Assembly (NCBI GenBank): GCA_052327205.1
Contig: CM126227.1
Location: forward strand, 23,436,001 to 23,500,000
DNA length: 64,000 nucleotides
Direction of reading: 5' to 3'
DNA from: Somniosus microcephalus
Taxonomy: Eukaryota
Each line of letters opens with the position of its first letter. The stretch's first letter is position 1. The notes beneath the pieces are model-generated. The model saw only the letters and a program-made list of their open reading frames with translations, searched no databases and was not told the origin of the DNA. This document shows positions 12,809-26,510 of the stretch, piece by piece. Both the position numbers and the translations under genes were made by a program.

Positions 12809-14187
12809 GAAAAGATAGCCCACAATAAGAGGGCGAGAGCACTGACTGGAGGAGGAACACCTACCCTAGCTACATTGACCAGTGCGGAGGAGGCTGCATA
12901 TGAGATTGTTGGAGGTGGCAAGGACCTGGAAGTGGGCGATGGAGAAACGGGCACACTAGAAGAAGCTGGTGACATAATAGAGTTGCATCCCTCTCAGACT
13001 GCAATGGCATATGATGTTCATAGAGAATCGCATTGTATATCTGCTCAAAAGGGTGTGTCTGCTACATCAATAGCAGATGTCTAAATCATGCCTTTTTTCT
13101 CCCACAGGACCATCGAGAGCCCCCCTCCCCACGATCCAGGATGAAGAGCCGGACAACTCCTCAGAGGAACCTGAAGCCTTGGAGGGAGCAGCGTCACCAG
13201 GACTCAGCGCGCCCAGCACCAGCGCAGCAACGCATACCTCGGTGGGGCCCTCGCGAGTTAGAGTAGTGTTGCCATCTGGTCTACCACAGCGCACAAGTGA
13301 GCATCAGCAGATGGTGGAGACAGTGACAGCAGTGCAGAGTCCTCGGCGGAAGTCGTAGCAATCTCCTAGCTCTGCGGAGCTGCATGCAGATGCTGTGCCT
13401 CTGGGGCCATCCAGGAAAAGAGCGGTTCGTGAAATACAGGAACAAGTGCAGGAGTCCCTGGAAGATTTTGGCTCCAGGGTTAGTGCGAGTGTGGATAGAA
13501 TGGAGCAGTCTATCTGTACCATCAGCACTGCCGTGGTGGAGGCAATGGGGCATGAATGCACCACCATGGATAGGATAGCAACCTCCATGGATAGGATAGC
13601 AACCTCCATGGATAGGATGGCTACCTCAGTGGAAAGGAGGGCTACTGCCATGGAGGAAATAAGTTGCTAGAGTTAGGAAAACATGGTGACTATTCAAAAT
13701 AGAATGTCATCGCTGGAGGAGCGACGGGCAACTATTGAGCAGAGAGACCAGAGCTTCATGGACGTCCTTGTGATGAGGGCTGCCAGTGCAGATACGGGTC
13801 CTCATGGTCCCCCTGATGTTCAGCAAGATGCTCTCCAGCCACTTGCCAGCACGGAGATGTGGCTGACCCATGAGAGGGATGTTGATGGCAGGACACAAGG
13901 AAGTGTGGGCTCCTCTCAAAGCGCTCACATGACCATGCCACTACGGAGCCCTCGGTCAGAGACCCACTTTGCGGAGACAACTGAGATGGCCGTTTCAGCC
14001 CCTGCACAGCCGCAGGAAGAGCAGACTGTTGAAGAGCCCTCCTAGGCGCACAGACCCAGAGGATGCCTGCCAAAGGTGTCTAAGCAGACGCAGCATCCTA
14101 GTCAGCAAGGTGCCTCTACATCTGCTGAAGCCACAGGGGAAGCACCACGTAGAAGCATGCGTTAGAGAAAGATTAAGCACCTATAGT
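12809..14187 (+). pseudogene. Harbinger Myb/SANT-like DNA-binding protein gene remnant (exons 12809-12968 and 13108-~14187)
   Basis: ccttgcag|EKIAHNKRARALTGGG...; the TGGG motif is typical of Harbinger ORF2/NAIF1/MSANTD proteins; the GT-AG intron 12969-13107 preserves frame; ORFs at 13077, 13395 and 13683 share one frame broken by TAG stops. Confidence 0.8.
13564..13630 (+). repeat. 21-bp tandem repeat x3 encoding the heptad MDRIATS
   Basis: ccatggataggatagcaacct repeated in the Myb/SANT reading frame. Confidence 0.9.
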
Positions 14188-15334
14188 CACTTGGGTGTTT
14201 TGTCTTTTTTTTCTGACTGTTCTTGGTTTATTAACCTTTTGTCATGTGTAAAGGAAAAATTATGGCAAACAGTTGATTGTGTGGCCTATGTGTTCTAGGA
14301 AATTGCAAAAGCGCATTGAGGGCTCAGGGCAACTTGCTTTTGTAATGTTGATGGTGAAAGCGATAGGAAACAACAGGGTATAGCAGAGATGACTTTGGAC
14401 AAATGTCGCCTGCAATTACAGAGCCATATGGTAGCCACCTATGGTTGAAGAGTAAGCTTATGCTGATGTGGCATGGCAGTGTGCATGCCCTGCTTGATGG
14501 GCAGCAGTGAACTGGAGGGATGCTGCATTGTTCATAACAGGGCACGCAAGGCCCCCTCATCCTCCTCCTACTCCTCTTCCCAGGAAGCTCTGTGCTGAGC
14601 CACACGGCTGCTACTCCTCCGATTATGAGGACCAGGATGAGGGCATAAATTTTTCCCATCCCCTTGCTATAAATTCCATTTGAGGCAACAAGCTTGCAAG
14701 CACACAGTCGAATTGGCCTGAAATGATTCCATTCAGGTCACACTGCAGATGGGTGTCAGCTTGAACAGTCACAAGGTCAGTAGATGTGCAAAATCTTCTC
14801 TCATACCTACAACAGCAAAGTTGTTGTATTTGAATGTCAGCCATATTTCAGGGGTGCTTTTAAAGTGCTGCACCAATGAATACAAATCATGTCCTCCAGC
14901 AACTCGTCTCCTTGAACCTGGCCTCTTTCTGACAAGTCAGGAGCCAGAAGCACGAAAATGGGAAACAACTATAAAAATAGGATTAGCAAGGCAGTTAACA
15001 GGCTGTTAACTACTTTAACTACCTGTCCCACCAGTTCCAGTCGGGTCAGTTTGGGAGCGGCTAAACAGACACGAAAATTGGGTGGAGGCGGGTTGGGTGT
15101 CTGAAGCCATTTTTCCCGATTTTTGCTACAGACCCGCCTCCAAACCCGCCTCCTCAGGGCTATTGAAATCGAGCCCTAAGACTTAGGATTTTGTCCATTT
15201 CAGATGACAGAAGAGCATACTTGCACTGATCTAATTTGTTGCAAGTATAAATCAATAGTAAAATCTGTCAACAGGCCAGCATGGCACGTACACATCAATA
15301 TAGAAACTGTCTCTTTATATTGTTTATACTTCTA

Positions 15335-15660
15335 CTCCTCAGTAACAGTGAGGATGCTACAGTTAGTCTCAGTGCCTCGGGGCTACAGAAAAATGGAAAA
15401 TAGAATTTGCCATGGTTCCCACTCCTGATTGCTGTGCAGTGACCTCTGCTGGAAGTATGCCTAGGTGAATATTATATGAAAATGAGTGGACTTGGCTGTC
15501 TTGTCCCATTTCCCCCATCTCCAACCAAAATAGTTTGCTGATAGACACTGCCCAAAGTCTTCCATACATGAGAAATGGCTATTTAGGCATGGTTCTGGAT
15601 TGCAACCGATAGCCCCCCCGCAACATTCCTCTAAAATGAGTCACTGCCTTCAGAAGTGCG
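15335..15660 (+). mobile_element. Degraded AmnSINE2-like SINE
   Basis: ggttcccactcctgattgct...gtgacctctgctggaag...gagtcactgccttcag, shared with other copies in the window. Confidence 0.6.
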
Positions 15661-16277
15661 TTTAAAAAAGACACACTAGGACAGCCCACAGTAACGTCCA
15701 GTCCTCCCTATGAGGAAATGTCCATGCTGTCTGTGTTTGCACGGAGAACCACGAATGGCACAGAGACAAACTCAGACTAAACTATAAATTAGCTGTAGAC
15801 ATTACAAAAGTAATGGAGTGATTTCAAGGCAGTAACCTGATCCGAAGGGTTTAGATGTCAGTTTATAAACCAGTCCAGCAACACTCATGGTTTATGACAT
15901 CATCGGAACCCCTCAAATAGATTCCTAGTTAGTGTCGACTTTAGAATTTAAAATGTTGCAGAGTCTAACCAGCAGCCTTTCCTGTACAGCATTACACTCT
16001 GAACCAGAAAGTGGACTGTTCAAACTACAGCCTCGCTGCCAGAGTGATTGCACTTTTCCAGTTCTTGGTTGAACTGCTAAGTGCCATTGCATGTCAGCAG
16101 GAGGGAAGATGGCTGCAACACACTGACGAGAACAGTGTACACAACCCACAGAGACAAACCTCGCATTAACCAACTACAGTACAACACTTGAAACATCCAT
16201 CACCCAGACTACACTGCCCGTCTGTCTAAAAATGGAGCCATGGCCTCAAGAAGGAATAATGTAGCAACAACTAAAAT

Positions 16278-16295
16278 GGGGGGGGGGGGGGGGGG
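16278..16295. repeat. Poly(G) tract
   Basis: Run of about 18 G. Confidence 0.9.
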
Positions 16296-18766
16296 ACGTG
16301 GAATTTTAAAATCAACCTTTAAAAAAAATTGCTACAGGTACTGCATTGTGTAGTATTTATGGTCAAGTAGTTATCAAAGCACTTTACATGTTCATATTAA
16401 ATAGATGTTGTTTTCTTTTGTCAAATTTGGTTAGATTTAAATATTTTTCTCAATTTTTTTTTAATGATTTGTCTACTTACAAAACATTTCTGCTTCAACA
16501 TACTCTCAAGTGCTCAAGGCTGAAACAAGCTTCCACTGCAAAATGTTGAGAGTTAAGCACAATTACCAGGAGACCCAGCACCAGTTTACTTTGGCCTCAT
16601 CAGTATTTCGATATCCCACAGTTGTCAACAGCACCGCTCGTTAATTACTCAAGTGAACGGAACTGAATTAAGTTAGTTTCTGCCATTTTTTGGTAGTTGC
16701 TTCACACTCATGCTCACGCATTTAGCGCACTATTTGCTGCCCTGTATGCAGGGCAATTGGACGAAATTTCCTTCCCACCAGAAATAACCGACTGGTTCTC
16801 AATTTCAGAAGGACCATTACAAACTTTGAATAACAACTTATTAATAGCCAAGATAATTTATTGGAATTCATCTTTTTTTTTTTAATTATAAAAAGTCCCC
16901 AAAATGGGTGACATTGCTGCTTAAAAAACTGGATCTTTCATACAGCCAGTGTATGCTGGTAATTGGCATCTGATATTGGAGTGTCACACTCAACAACAAA
17001 AGCCCGAATCCCTCTATACCACAGCAGTACTTTCCTATTTGACTGGAATGCTAAACAATTGAAATTTGGGTCACATAATTTGTTGTGCTAACTGAATGGA
17101 GCTCATTATTTAACAGGATTATGGATAATTTCAATACAGACCAGTGATTCATTTTTACATGTTTAGCAGTTCTTGAACACCCCTTTGCCACACATCTATT
17201 ATTGTTGGCACAAGTAAAGAAGGTTCAACTGTATTTCCAGCATACAAGCAAAATGAAAGGTATGGACACCCAATACAGAAGATGCATGACTGATCAGTAC
17301 TGCCCAGTAATATTCTACAGTTGACTCTGACTGCTATACAGTAACAATTCTCCCAGTACACTGATTTGAGAACATGTGCGACAATAATTCTCTGAATACA
17401 CCAATTTGAAAACATATCTTCTGGCCTTGACATTATGCCATGGGATACTAGCCTACAAATGCTCAATGTGCTCATCTGAAATATCTGTTATTTTAGCAGA
17501 CTTGTCAACCCATTTGCTTTAAGTCGTTTAATGCTACTGCTAAAATACTGGAGAGGGGAACAAACGATTTAGGAGTTCATATGCTCGTATCCCATGGCAT
17601 ATTTTCAGAGTCTTTATGAATCGGGTAAAATTGAACACATAGGCACAGAGTAAATAATCTAATTTCAAACGATCTCCTTTTCCTGCAAAAAAACAAATAA
17701 GTGACAATGATCCACAGTCGTCATTATTAAATAGATTATTTTTAATTAGCAACGGATCAATAATCAGCTTCCAACACTTGTTATGTTCGTCTGATGTTTG
17801 AGTCTGTCAGCATACAGAATATTGGTTTTAATGTAGAAATCCTATAGGGCCAATCAATTCTGGTGTAACACCGAGTTTCAAAAGCTATCTTTTGAAAATA
17901 AAATGAGAAAATCTGAATTACACTGACAGAAAAAATTCACACAGCTTTCAAGATCATTCAAGCCTGTGAGGCACATCTCATTCTTTTGCCACATTATGAT
18001 AGAAATCAAGTCTCCCCCCCGCATCAATCCTGCTGACTTCATAGTCTGAGAGACACGAAGCTGAACTAAAAAGAGCAACTTCTAGTCAACATCAGCGTAA
18101 GGAGGAGGTCCTGTCATTTCCTAGGAAATGAATAGCTGACGAGAAGCGCCAAAACAGAGTGCATAACAAAGACCTTCTTCATTGAAAAGGGAAAGATTTA
18201 CTGTTCAGCTTATCTATAGCAGGCTCTTGCAGGTTTTATTGCAATGTGACAGTGGCCTTCACAAGCCACATCTGTCAGCCCTAAAATGTCTTAAGGAGGT
18301 CCAACTTCAGTAAAAACTATGGTTTTCCAACAAAGGAAGTAAAAAAGCAACCTGACTAAATCAGAATGGCAGAAAGTGAATTTTACAAAGAAAAAAAATA
18401 ACGTATTTACAATAATTATAAATTATTGCAGAATTCAATTCAATATCTAGTAATTGTAAATGGCAAACAAGAAAGTCACTGCACAAAAAAAACTATAAAG
18501 ACATCAATGCCAGCATTACACTTACAGGCAACTGTCTGTGAATGCACTAATAAGTGAAAATTAGTAAGCATAGTCCAATATCTCTAGTAGTGGAATGTGA
18601 GGCTCCAATTAAGCAGCCCTAGTTTCAAAATCAATTTCAATTGTCATTCAAACCCAGTTATAGCCTCACTGATTTAAAATAATTATCAATTAGACTGCCG
18701 TGTGATGATCAATTAGGTGGCATGGAGCGAAATACTCACTCCAAATGCAAAGGACAGCAGCAGTTT

Positions 18767-19112
18767 AGGGGTACGGTAGTGTAGTGGATATGTTACTGAA
18801 CTAATAATCCAGAGAGCATGTATTCAAACCCCGCCATGCCAGTTTGAGAACATGAGAATGTCGTAAAAACCCAACTGGTTCACTGGTATCCTTCAGGGAA
18901 GGAAATCTACCACCTTTATCTAGTCTGGCCTATATGTAACTCTAGTCCCACATCAACACGGTTGGCTCGTAACTGCTCTCTGAAGGTGACCTTGTAAGCC
19001 ACTCAAGTTGCATCAAACTACTCCCACCACCACCTTCTCAGGGAAACCAGGGATGAGCATTAAATGCCAACTTTGACAGTGATGCCAAATCCCAAGAAGG
19101 AATTAAAAAAAA
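18767..19112 (+). mobile_element. tRNA-derived SINE sharing its 3' tail with the CR1-group LINE at 54608-55346
   Basis: tRNA-like head (ggtagtgtagtgg...ttcaaaccc); core actggttcact...agggaaggaaatct; tail caccaccaccttctcaggg...; A-rich end. Confidence 0.8.
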
Positions 19113-19578
19113 TATGGAGTAGTATTGACCCTCTTAGATGAATGTCATGGCAGAGGCTGTAACATGCAACATGGAGAGATGCACTAAGCCTTCAGATGTT
19201 TTATAAATGTAAAATGAACACAAATTCAGTTCAAGTCACAATACAACAGGCTCATAAGAATAGTTGTATAATATACATTTCACTCTTGACCAGAAAGTTT
19301 GGAAAAATGTACAGCTGTAATAAACTAACTGTGATTCCTAAAATCACAATCAAGCTCTACATTCTTGGACCGTTTCCAATGCAGTGTGGCAAAAAGCAGA
19401 TGTGAATCCCCATCACAAGGCACTCCATTACAAGAATCCTGAAATGTTTGGATGAGAAAGTTGCATACTTTGGTTACATGAAACATACGTTCAAATCTTC
19501 TGCCAGCTATTATCTAAATGCATCTGACGGCCTCAAAATCAGAGCACTGGTTAATCTGGACTCTTCCTCTTATTTGTA

Positions 19579-19827
19579 CAGTAAACTCTTGTTTAAACGG
19601 CACTTAATCATCCGGAATACTTTAATAACCAGCAAAATAGAGAACCGGAAATCTTGCCGAATCCATCCAGCACTCATTTTGCCGAGTCTGAGTCTCCCGC
19701 GGTGGCCGAGTTAGTCAGCGGTTTTTATTTTTGTTTGTGTTAAAAATTGCCTTGGTAGGTATACCTCTCTGTTATCCAGAATGTTCCATCCTGGTCCCAT
19801 AGGTGCCGGATAAGAAAGAGTTTACTG
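19579..19827. mobile_element. Tc1/mariner (Tigger-like) MITE
   Basis: TA|CAGTAAACTCT...AGAGTTTACTG|TA. Confidence 0.88.
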
Positions 19828-21567
19828 TATACGGAACACATATTACTGGGCTGCCCCCCGATGATGATGGTTTATAATGTGCAATAGGTAAGAATGAAGC
19901 AAACTCAAAATCTTCATGATAGCTACCAAAATGTGTGTCTTTCTTTCAAATCTATGTCACGATAGAAAATGTTAAATATGTACATTTAAATATAAAATAA
20001 AAAGGCATCAAAGCTACAGCTTCTTCCTTATGTCCTCAGGAAATAACTGAGCATCATCACCTTCTGGTTAATGATAGATTTTTCTTATACAAAATCAAAC
20101 TGAAGTTTCTAACGCTAAGTAACAAAGAATGTCCATAACTTGGTCATTAATCATCAAGAAAATACCTTTGCAAAATAACAAGAAAAATATATGGAAGTAT
20201 TTTCACTTTTTTCTACCTACCCTCATTGCGGATTTCCCTACGGTATGCACCAGCCTTGGCCAATCTTTTCCCAGAACTTCACAAATGCCACTCTAGATAT
20301 GCAAATGTGACCCCTGGGTGACCGTTTCTTCTGATTTCCCCTCCATTCACAAGGAGAAGCCTCTGTCTCATTCCACAACTCCCCACGCCAGCACAACCAA
20401 GATCAATTACTGTGCACATGAGGAATTACAGAAAAGAATCAGTATACCAAAATTCCTTGTCATAGCATGTTTGCTGTGTAACCCTTAAGGGGGAATGTTA
20501 AAATGTAGTGCATTGGTGAAAATACTGTCTGCTACATTATGCTATTTATAAATAGTATAATAATATAATATATAATAATAATGTTTTCTGACTCTGGGAT
20601 CTTGTCACTGGATGGAAAACCTACCCTATGAATGTGAGGGTTTTAAGATAAGGATCCTCAGATTAGGAAGGAAGGTTCCAAGTGTGTGCCTGCCTGTTGT
20701 TCTTTCTCCTCACTCCCACTGCACCCCAACCGTGTGCTCTAGAGTAAATAACTAGACCTCAGAAACTGTATTTTCTTACAACCTGAACTGATATATTGAG
20801 AATCTGTAGTTTCCAAACTGAAAGTGTGGGTCTGGCACAATTGCTTTTATTATTCCAAACTTCCCTTCCTGCTCTTCACCTGCCCCCCCCCACCCCCCAT
20901 GCGAGCTGACATTCTAAATGGTTCCTTCTTCTTAGGTACTGCCCCTCCCCAGACAAAACCACCCTAATCATTGATCTCTCTGCAGCTTTTGACGCAGTCG
21001 ATCGCACCATCCTCTTCCAATGGCTCCCCTCTGTTGTCCAGCTCAGTGGAACTGCCCTCGTTTGGTTGCACGCTTACCTATCCAATCAGAGTCAACGCAC
21101 CTCAAGCAATGGCTTCTCTTCCCAACCCCACACTATTACCTCTGGAGCCCCACAAGGATCTATCCTTGGGCCGCTCCTCTTCCTCATATACATGCTGCTC
21201 CTCAGCCACATCATTCGGAGTCAGGTTCCATATGTACACTGACAAAATTGAGTTCTACCTCTCCACCCACCTTTCTTGACCCCTCCACTGCCTTTGCATT
21301 TTCAGCTTGCTTGTCAGACATCCACGCCTAGATGCATTGCAATTTGCTCCCAGTTAAACGCGGTTAAGACCAAAGCCATCATCTATAGCCCTCAGCACCC
21401 GTATCCTCACCGCCGATTACATTCCCTTCACCAGCTACTATCTCAGGTTGAACCAGACTGTTCGCAACCTTGGAGTCCTATTTGTGATGGAGAGTATAAA
21501 GGGTCGTAAGCTCGGCGCAGGGTCAAAGACCACCCACTTCTACCTATGTAATACTGCACGTTTCCGC

Positions 21568-21704
21568 CAATGTTCCCTGTAGGGAACCCACGCAGCCAGC
21601 TTGTCCCTGTTCAATGTAAAAACCACGCATGCGTGTTATTTTGAATGGCCCGTGCAGCTCCATAAAGGGGCCGCGCAGGGCCAAAAAAATTTCAGGGAAC
21701 ATTG
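21568..21704. mobile_element. hAT-type MITE nested in L2
   Basis: TIRs caatgttccctg / cagggaacattg; 8-bp TSD gtttccgc/gtctccac (6/8). Confidence 0.8.
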
Positions 21705-22180
21705 GTCTCCACCCCACCTCAGCCCATCTGCTGACAAAACCCACTACATGCGTTTGTCACCTCTAGACAACTATTCCAATGCTCTTCTGGCCAGCTTGCT
21801 ATCTTCCATAAACTTCATCTCATACAAAACTCTGCTGCCTGTATTTAACTTGCACCTTGTCCATCGCAGACTTACATTTACTTCTAGTCCGCCAAAGCCT
21901 CAATTTTAAAATTCTCATCCTATTGTTCAAATCCCTTCATGGCCTCGACCCTCGCTATCTCTGTAACCTTCTCCAGCCCTACAATCCTCCAAGAACGTGG
22001 TGACCCTCCAATTCTGGTCTGCTGTGCTTCCCCCTCTCTCTGCACCTCACCATTGGTGGCTGTGCCTTCAGTCACCTAGACTCCAATCTCTGGAATTCCC
22101 TTCCTAAACCTCTCTGCCTCTTCACCTACCTCTCTTCCCTTAAGACCATTCTTAAAACCCAACTATTTGACCAAGATTTT

Positions 22181-22361
22181 TGTTGTGTATGTACCTTTAA
22201 GAGAATAACTGGTCTCAGACTGCAGTACCGGCAGTGACCACCCCTGTATAAAAGGCGCTAGAGAGCCTCTGTTGGTTAGATTTGTTTTGGACTTTCACCA
22301 GTAAACATCTGTTTGTTTTCACTCCTGCTAGTCCGTGTCTAAATCATTCACGGACTTAACA
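22181..22361 (+). mobile_element. 181-bp solo LTR nested in the L2 3' end
   Basis: TGTT...AACA termini; perfect 5-bp TSD ATTTT; TATAAAA box and AGTAAA; L2 is continuous across the insert. Confidence 0.88.
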
Positions 22362-24094
22362 ATTTTAGTCACCTGTCCCAAGATCTCCTTCTTTGGCTCG
22401 GTGTCAATTTTTGTCTGATTGTGCTTCTGTGATGCGTCTGGTGACATTTATCTACATTAAAAGGTGTGATATAAATGCAAGTGCTGTTTCTGTTGTTTAT
22501 TAAATGAGACAAATTGATGGTTTCCACACAAGATGATTATTAGACAGATCCTTGAATAGTAACGTCAAATTCACTTCATTCGCAACCTGAATTTGTGCTT
22601 TATCTTGTTGCCAGATGCTACTGAAAAAGCAGTATTGCAAAATAAGTAGCGTCAAATAAGTTAATAACCTTCCTTGCTTTATGTGACAGCTCTGGATAAT
22701 CAGGTGCCTTATTGAGCCAAAACGTTACCCAAAGGCATCATGAATTGGGATGTATATTCCTTAAAAGTATATTACCAAGTTTAATCAACGCCTCCACTTC
22801 TTACAATGTTAGACTGAAATCTGTATCAAATTTTGTCAGACGAAACAGAATTTCTCATCCATTTTGCTTTATTTCTCAGTCACTCTCGATTTAAGAAAGT
22901 ACATTTTTAATTATTGATTGAGGGGGCGCAGGTGAGTAGATGGTTTCCTCGAGTGCCAAGGCATCAAAGTTGACAATCTCTAACAGCTCTGACAGGCAAG
23001 AACTGGATAAGTTGATTGCAATCTTCTCTATTCTTTTCACTTCAATAGTCTTTTCTTAAAGACTGCAACTTTGCCCATTAACTGCAAGATATTGGATTCT
23101 ATTCCCTATATACTAGTACCCAGCTTTGGTTCTGCTAACAAATCAGCAAGATTAACAAATTTTGTTGGCCAGTTGCCAGGTTGAAAGCATTCAGAAAAGG
23201 GAGATATGCATTTTAAGAACACAACATTGTAAAAGTCCAGTGTCAACGTTCCTTAAGGAAGGGTCATGCCCGAGGCAAAAATCTGGGACTTGCAAATGTG
23301 TGTGTTTTAACTCTGCACTTTGCATAGGCAGGGTCTAAGAGCTGCTTATGTTTTAGCCTTTGGATTATTTTCCTTCCCGATTTGCTAATTATCAGTGCAA
23401 ACACTTCATTGAGTTTCCATAACTTCTTTCACATTTCATCTCGAAATTCCTTTTAAGCTTTGATGGTATTGTCCATTCATTTGAGAAAAATAGCTTCCGG
23501 ACACAGCACACACTGTGGCAGTTGTTCATTACTACTCAGTTCGTGGCAAGTGGATCTACTGCAAACATAATTCATCAAAATGTCCTAAATGTTTGTTCTT
23601 TGCTTTTAATAAAGTCCTCTTATTTAACATCCTGTGACCCAGCTACACATTGCTTTCTTGTTAAGAAATGATTTAGGAGTAATCTGACAAAAGGTTCAAA
23701 CCAAGATTTAGATATTGGGACCTAATAAAAATGTTTCTCTGTCTGGCTTGAGTTATTGGTTATTTATTGTTTGTTTTTATTAAGGCTTTTAGTAGTTTGC
23801 TCTATTAACAATACTTACAGTCCACAGACTGGTTAGTTTGGGGGTTTTGGTATAGTTTTAGTTTAGTTTTATTCTTTGACTACTCTGCTCTGACTTAAGA
23901 TAACTATCAGTAGATCAATTATTTTGAATTGATTCTATTTAGGAAATACGAGTTTTACTTTAAATATTAGTGAAATCACTACACTCTAATCTCCAACTTT
24001 GAAAACTAATCTAGACTTTCTTTGTAAACAGCAAATTAACTTTTAATAGCCAACTCCTTAAACTCAATATAAATCATGTTTAGTTTTCATCTCC

Positions 24095-24355
24095 TCCAGT
24101 TTTCTGGGAGCTTATGCTAGAATATGGATCCATAGCGCTGGCTCTTCAGTACAATGGACAATCAATCATCTATTCCTCATGTGCAAGCCGGGTTACAGAA
24201 TATCAGCATGCTATTCTACCACTGAAGCCATGACAGACACAACCAACCCTGTATTCACCTGCACATATAAAATGTGCACTGTCACATGTTTTATGCTGGT
24301 CAAGGGTAGGAACTGCAGACTAGTTTCTACCTCATTAGCCCAGAGACACTGGACC
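24095..24355 (-). mobile_element. Highly degraded AmnSINE2-like SINE
   Basis: Colinear similarity to the 44335-44680 copy. Confidence 0.45.
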
Positions 24356-25499
24356 ACTTTCTTCCACCTCTACAGCATCAACCACCATGTCCCGACCTCT
24401 GTCCACCACTGATAAAAACCTCAATCCACACCATTATCACCTCTAAGGCCAACTTCTCAAAGACTATCCTAGTCAATGTCCAGGTATCCACTCTCCATAG
24501 ATTACAACTTACTTAGAACACAGAGTTCCAAAATTGTCCTCATGATTAAAATCTGAGCATTCATTCTGCGGGTTTTAAACAGTTGCCAGTGGTCAGAAAG
24601 ATCTCAATGTGATCCGTCAACGAATGGTCCTTTGGCACAGTACTTGGTCATGATGTTCACTAGTTTCAAGCATACATTTATCCTTGAATTTTCTAGTAGT
24701 GATAATATGCTAACAGAGAGGTTGTTCTGTCTATAAGAAATCCATATAAACATGCTCTTCAGCTTGTTTGCCTTTGTGGTTAAATTATCGCAGATTAAAT
24801 CTAAACAAGTTCATGTACCCTGGAGTCACATTTTTGAAACACAGCCAACATGTTACATTCAATGAACTGCAATGCAGAAATTATGCTGCTAGCATCTTTT
24901 CAACAATTTCAGGAAACAATTCAGGCTTTAACTGTTGTGGGGTTTAAAAAATCCTTTTTCTTGGCTCCCAACAAAGATTTCTAGGCTCTTTTGCTGTTTT
25001 TTCTGACACAGGAGTTTCCAATTTTCCACAGAATTGTAGAATTGAGGTTGTTCATTAACATCTTTGTTTTACTTTGACTTACCAGTAAACAACTTTAATA
25101 ACTGGCATACTCATTGCAGTTAGTGACATCATCCATCTGGGATATTTGAGATTCTAGCACTGATTTTTTAAATATTTCTACTTGTATTCAAATTGTGGAA
25201 ATCATCTAAAGATCGTTGGCGAATGCCAGTCTGGAACAGAGAGCAATAGTCAATTGAAGTCCATGAATTTGCTAAGCTTTGATTTGGTCCTTTTCATTCA
25301 CAGTGTGGTTCCTCTATTGTGCTGGTCACAAAGCAGAAATCGAGTTTCATAGCAATGATCGTCACTTCGCAGATACCAAAGAAATAATTTAATGCAATTA
25401 CAAAATTAGACAGAGAAAGTATTCTCTAAATAAGAACACCTTCTAATGATGAACCAATTCACTAATTTAGTAGTGGCAATGTAGCACTTCAGGTTAAGA

Positions 25500-25563
25500 A
25501 AGAAAGAAACACTTGCATTTATATAGCACCTTTCACGGCCACTGGATGGCCCAAAGCGCTTTA
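25500..25563 (-). mobile_element. 3' tail fragment of the Deu-domain SINE
   Basis: acttgcatttatatagcacctttcacg...cccaaagcgctttac is the reverse complement of the 40503-40963 tail. Confidence 0.75.
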
Positions 25564-26510
25564 CTTCATGGCGATAAAGCATCGTTTGGGTGGAGCACAG
25601 AGGGGGAAATCGGTCGACAGGATCACACGCCCATAACAGAACCTGTCCAATTTTTCTTCCACTTAAATTAATAGAAGGGAATTGGCCAGTTGCTGCTATG
25701 GGTCTGCTATCCTCCCCACCCTATTAACCTCTGCACTCCCCCAGCCAATGCTTTGCACCTAGGCCATAAAGTTCAAAATCTACCATTAGATTACTGTATT
25801 TATACTTTTGTTTCAGAAACCTAGAAGGCCCAAGGACATAATGCAGGGTATTAGCACAGTTGAAATATTTGTGGAAATGCAAGGGAAACCATGGCAACCG
25901 ATATTTCCAACCATTCATCCAAGCTCCACAGTTAAACCTGGCTCCAAAAGTCACCCTTAAAATTATTTTGGAACAAGCTAGGAAGACAGAAGATCTTGTA
26001 TTATAGGCTCAAGCTGAAATTCTTAATTTATTGTTGAAATGACAGCAGATAGCCAGTCTGTAGATCGGAGGCAGGGGTAATTTTTAAGGGAAATTTCACT
26101 AATCCACAGCTGAAATATGTAAATGTCCATTTTACACTCTGCACAATCCTTATGGGAGACAGATTAACTTGAAATTCAGGATACAGCATTAATGTGACTG
26201 GCAATTAACGTATTAGTTAAAAAACATGAAATATGTAGTTGGTACAAAAGTCAACCTTGCAAATACTTAAATTTAATCAGGACACAGCTCAAAATGCATT
26301 TTCAGCTCTCCTCAATGACCAAAAGGTGTTTGACGATGCAAATTTAACATTTCAAATTACAGGTTAGTGAGCAGATTTTCTATGCTATTAACTGATTGGT
26401 GAATCATAATTGCCCAACAAATTATGAGCATTACCAAGTCATAACATTGTCTTATCTTGAATTTTCACAAAGAATGGATTTAAAATGGCTTCCAATGAGC
26501 TCATTATCAC

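Larger units (their letters stand above)
12600..15176 (+). mobile_element. Left-truncated PIF/Harbinger transposon
   Basis: Right TIR ...gaaatcgagccc followed by TAA; subterminal region resembles the 3836-4871 MITE; carries a Myb/SANT-type gene remnant. Confidence 0.75.
20968..22490 (+). mobile_element. Degraded L2 LINE (RT region to 3' end) with nested insertions
   Basis: DLSAAFD and PQGSILG motifs; 3' part matches the younger L2 at 30176-30770; tail atataaatgcaag. Confidence 0.88.

Noticed and set aside
14324-14960. Harbinger transposase on the minus strand
   Set aside because: This is where one would be expected, but I could not read DDE/HARBI1 motifs in any frame.
23248-23280. Third hammerhead ribozyme (ccttaaggaagggtcatgcccgagg)
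   Set aside because: The CUGANGA and GAAA core nucleotides are not intact; at most a dead remnant.
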